Assembly: GCF_020745735.1 (NCBI RefSeq)
Contig: NC_083409.1
Span: 14,727,873-14,791,872 of the forward strand
Direction of reading: 5' to 3'
Length of the DNA: 64,000 nucleotides
Source: Hemiscyllium ocellatum
Taxonomy: Eukaryota
The stretch's first letter is position 1; each line of letters opens with the position of its first letter. Made by a program: the position numbers and the translations under genes. Under the pieces are notes generated by a model. That model was not told the DNA's origin, did not search any database, and worked only from the letters and a program-made list of their open reading frames with translations. Positions 63,126-64,000 of the stretch are shown here, in pieces.

Positions 63126-63321
63126 GTTCTCACTAAACGGGAGCAGAAACTGATGCATCGGTGACGGCGTGCGGAGGAGCTGCTGGAGTGGAAGCGGCGG
63201 CTCGATGCTGAGGAAGCTGTGATCCAGCAAATGGAAAAACAGGCTCTAGCTGCTTGGGACAAGGAGCTCAAAACAAACATGGCAAAGAGAGAGGCAAGCA
63301 AGAAGATTCCTGAATTGAAAG
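63126..63321 (+). pseudogene. CEP350: CEP350-like middle exon F, disabled
   Basis: LTKREQKLMHR*RRAEELLEWKRRLDAEEA..QMEKQALAAWDKEL with a 1-nt deletion at 63127-63128 and TGA at 63162-63164; splice sites intact. Confidence 0.9.
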
Positions 63322-63329
63322 GTAATTAA

Positions 63330-63935
63330 AATCTGATTGAAGATTTGTAGCTCGGGTATCCGTTGTTGTGGTTCTGTTCGCCGAGCTGGAAGTTTTTGCT
63401 GCAAACGTTTCGTTCCCTGGCTAGGGAACATCATCAGTGCCGTTGGAGCCTCGTGTGAAGCGCTGCTTTGATGTTTCTTCCGGTATTTATATTGGTTTGT
63501 TCTTGCCGCTTCCGGGTGTCAGATTCAGCTGCAGTGATTTGGATGTGGGGTCCAGGTTGATGTGTCTGTTGATGGATGTTCTTGCCGTTTCGGGTGTCAG
63601 TTTCAGCTGTAGTGGTTTGTATATGGTGTCCAGGTCAATGTATCTGTTGATGGAGTTTGGGGATGAATGCCATGCTTCTAGGCATTCTCTGGCTGTTCTC
63701 TGTCTGGCTTGTCCTATGATAGTGGTGTTTTCCCAGTCAAATTCATGTTGCTGGTTGTCTGAGTGTATGGCTACTAGAGATAGCTGGTCGTGTCGTTTTG
63801 TGGCTAGCTGATGTTCATGGATGCAGATTGTTAGCTGTCTTCCTGTTTGTCCGATATAGTGTTTTGTGCAGTCCTTGCATGGTATTTTGTAAACTACGTT
63901 AGTTTGGCTCATGCTGGGTATTGGGTCCACTGCTC
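63330..63935 (-). mobile_element. Penelope-like element (family B) 3' fragment
   Basis: ORF 63487-63930 contains VVYKIPCKDCTKHYIGQTGRQL..HEHQL..LEAWHS (GIY-YIG). Confidence 0.92.
63401..63440 (-). ncRNA. Minimal type I hammerhead ribozyme motif (PLE family B)
   Basis: GCA CTGATGA T GTTCCC-TAGCCA-GGGAAC GAAA C GTT TGC: perfect 6-bp stem II, palindromic ACGU stem III, GUU triplet. Confidence 0.7.
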
Positions 63936-64000
63936 AGACTCTGGGATCACCAACAGCAGCCCTTCGGATGACCACCAGTCCTGACCATCCTATTTTCACA

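Overview
Repeat-rich vertebrate genomic DNA, inferred to be from a shark (shark-type Ig light chain, V-SINEs with (TCTAA)n tails, CR1 and Penelope-like elements). From left to right: (1) an intact Ig light-chain constant exon (425-753, kappa/type III-like) and a truncated, inverted paralogous C fragment with its 3' UTR about 14 kb away; no V or J segment could be identified. (2) A CpG-island promoter (25770-26330) with four ~33-bp-spaced NRF1-type motifs and no intact gene evidently attached. (3) A defective class I (epsilon/gamma-like) endogenous retrovirus on the minus strand (27283-36026) with a tRNA-Ser-type PBS, PPT, gag/pol/env remnants, two very unequal LTRs and no target-site duplication. 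(4) CEP350-derived exons (36027-63321) in scrambled order: disabled C-terminal exons come first, then five consecutive middle exons that remain open and splice-intact. Several Penelope-like families carry minimal hammerhead ribozyme motifs with palindromic stem III. No alignments or database searches were run. Protein comparisons to human CEP350 and shark IgL rely on recalled sequences, and most repeat boundaries are approximate.
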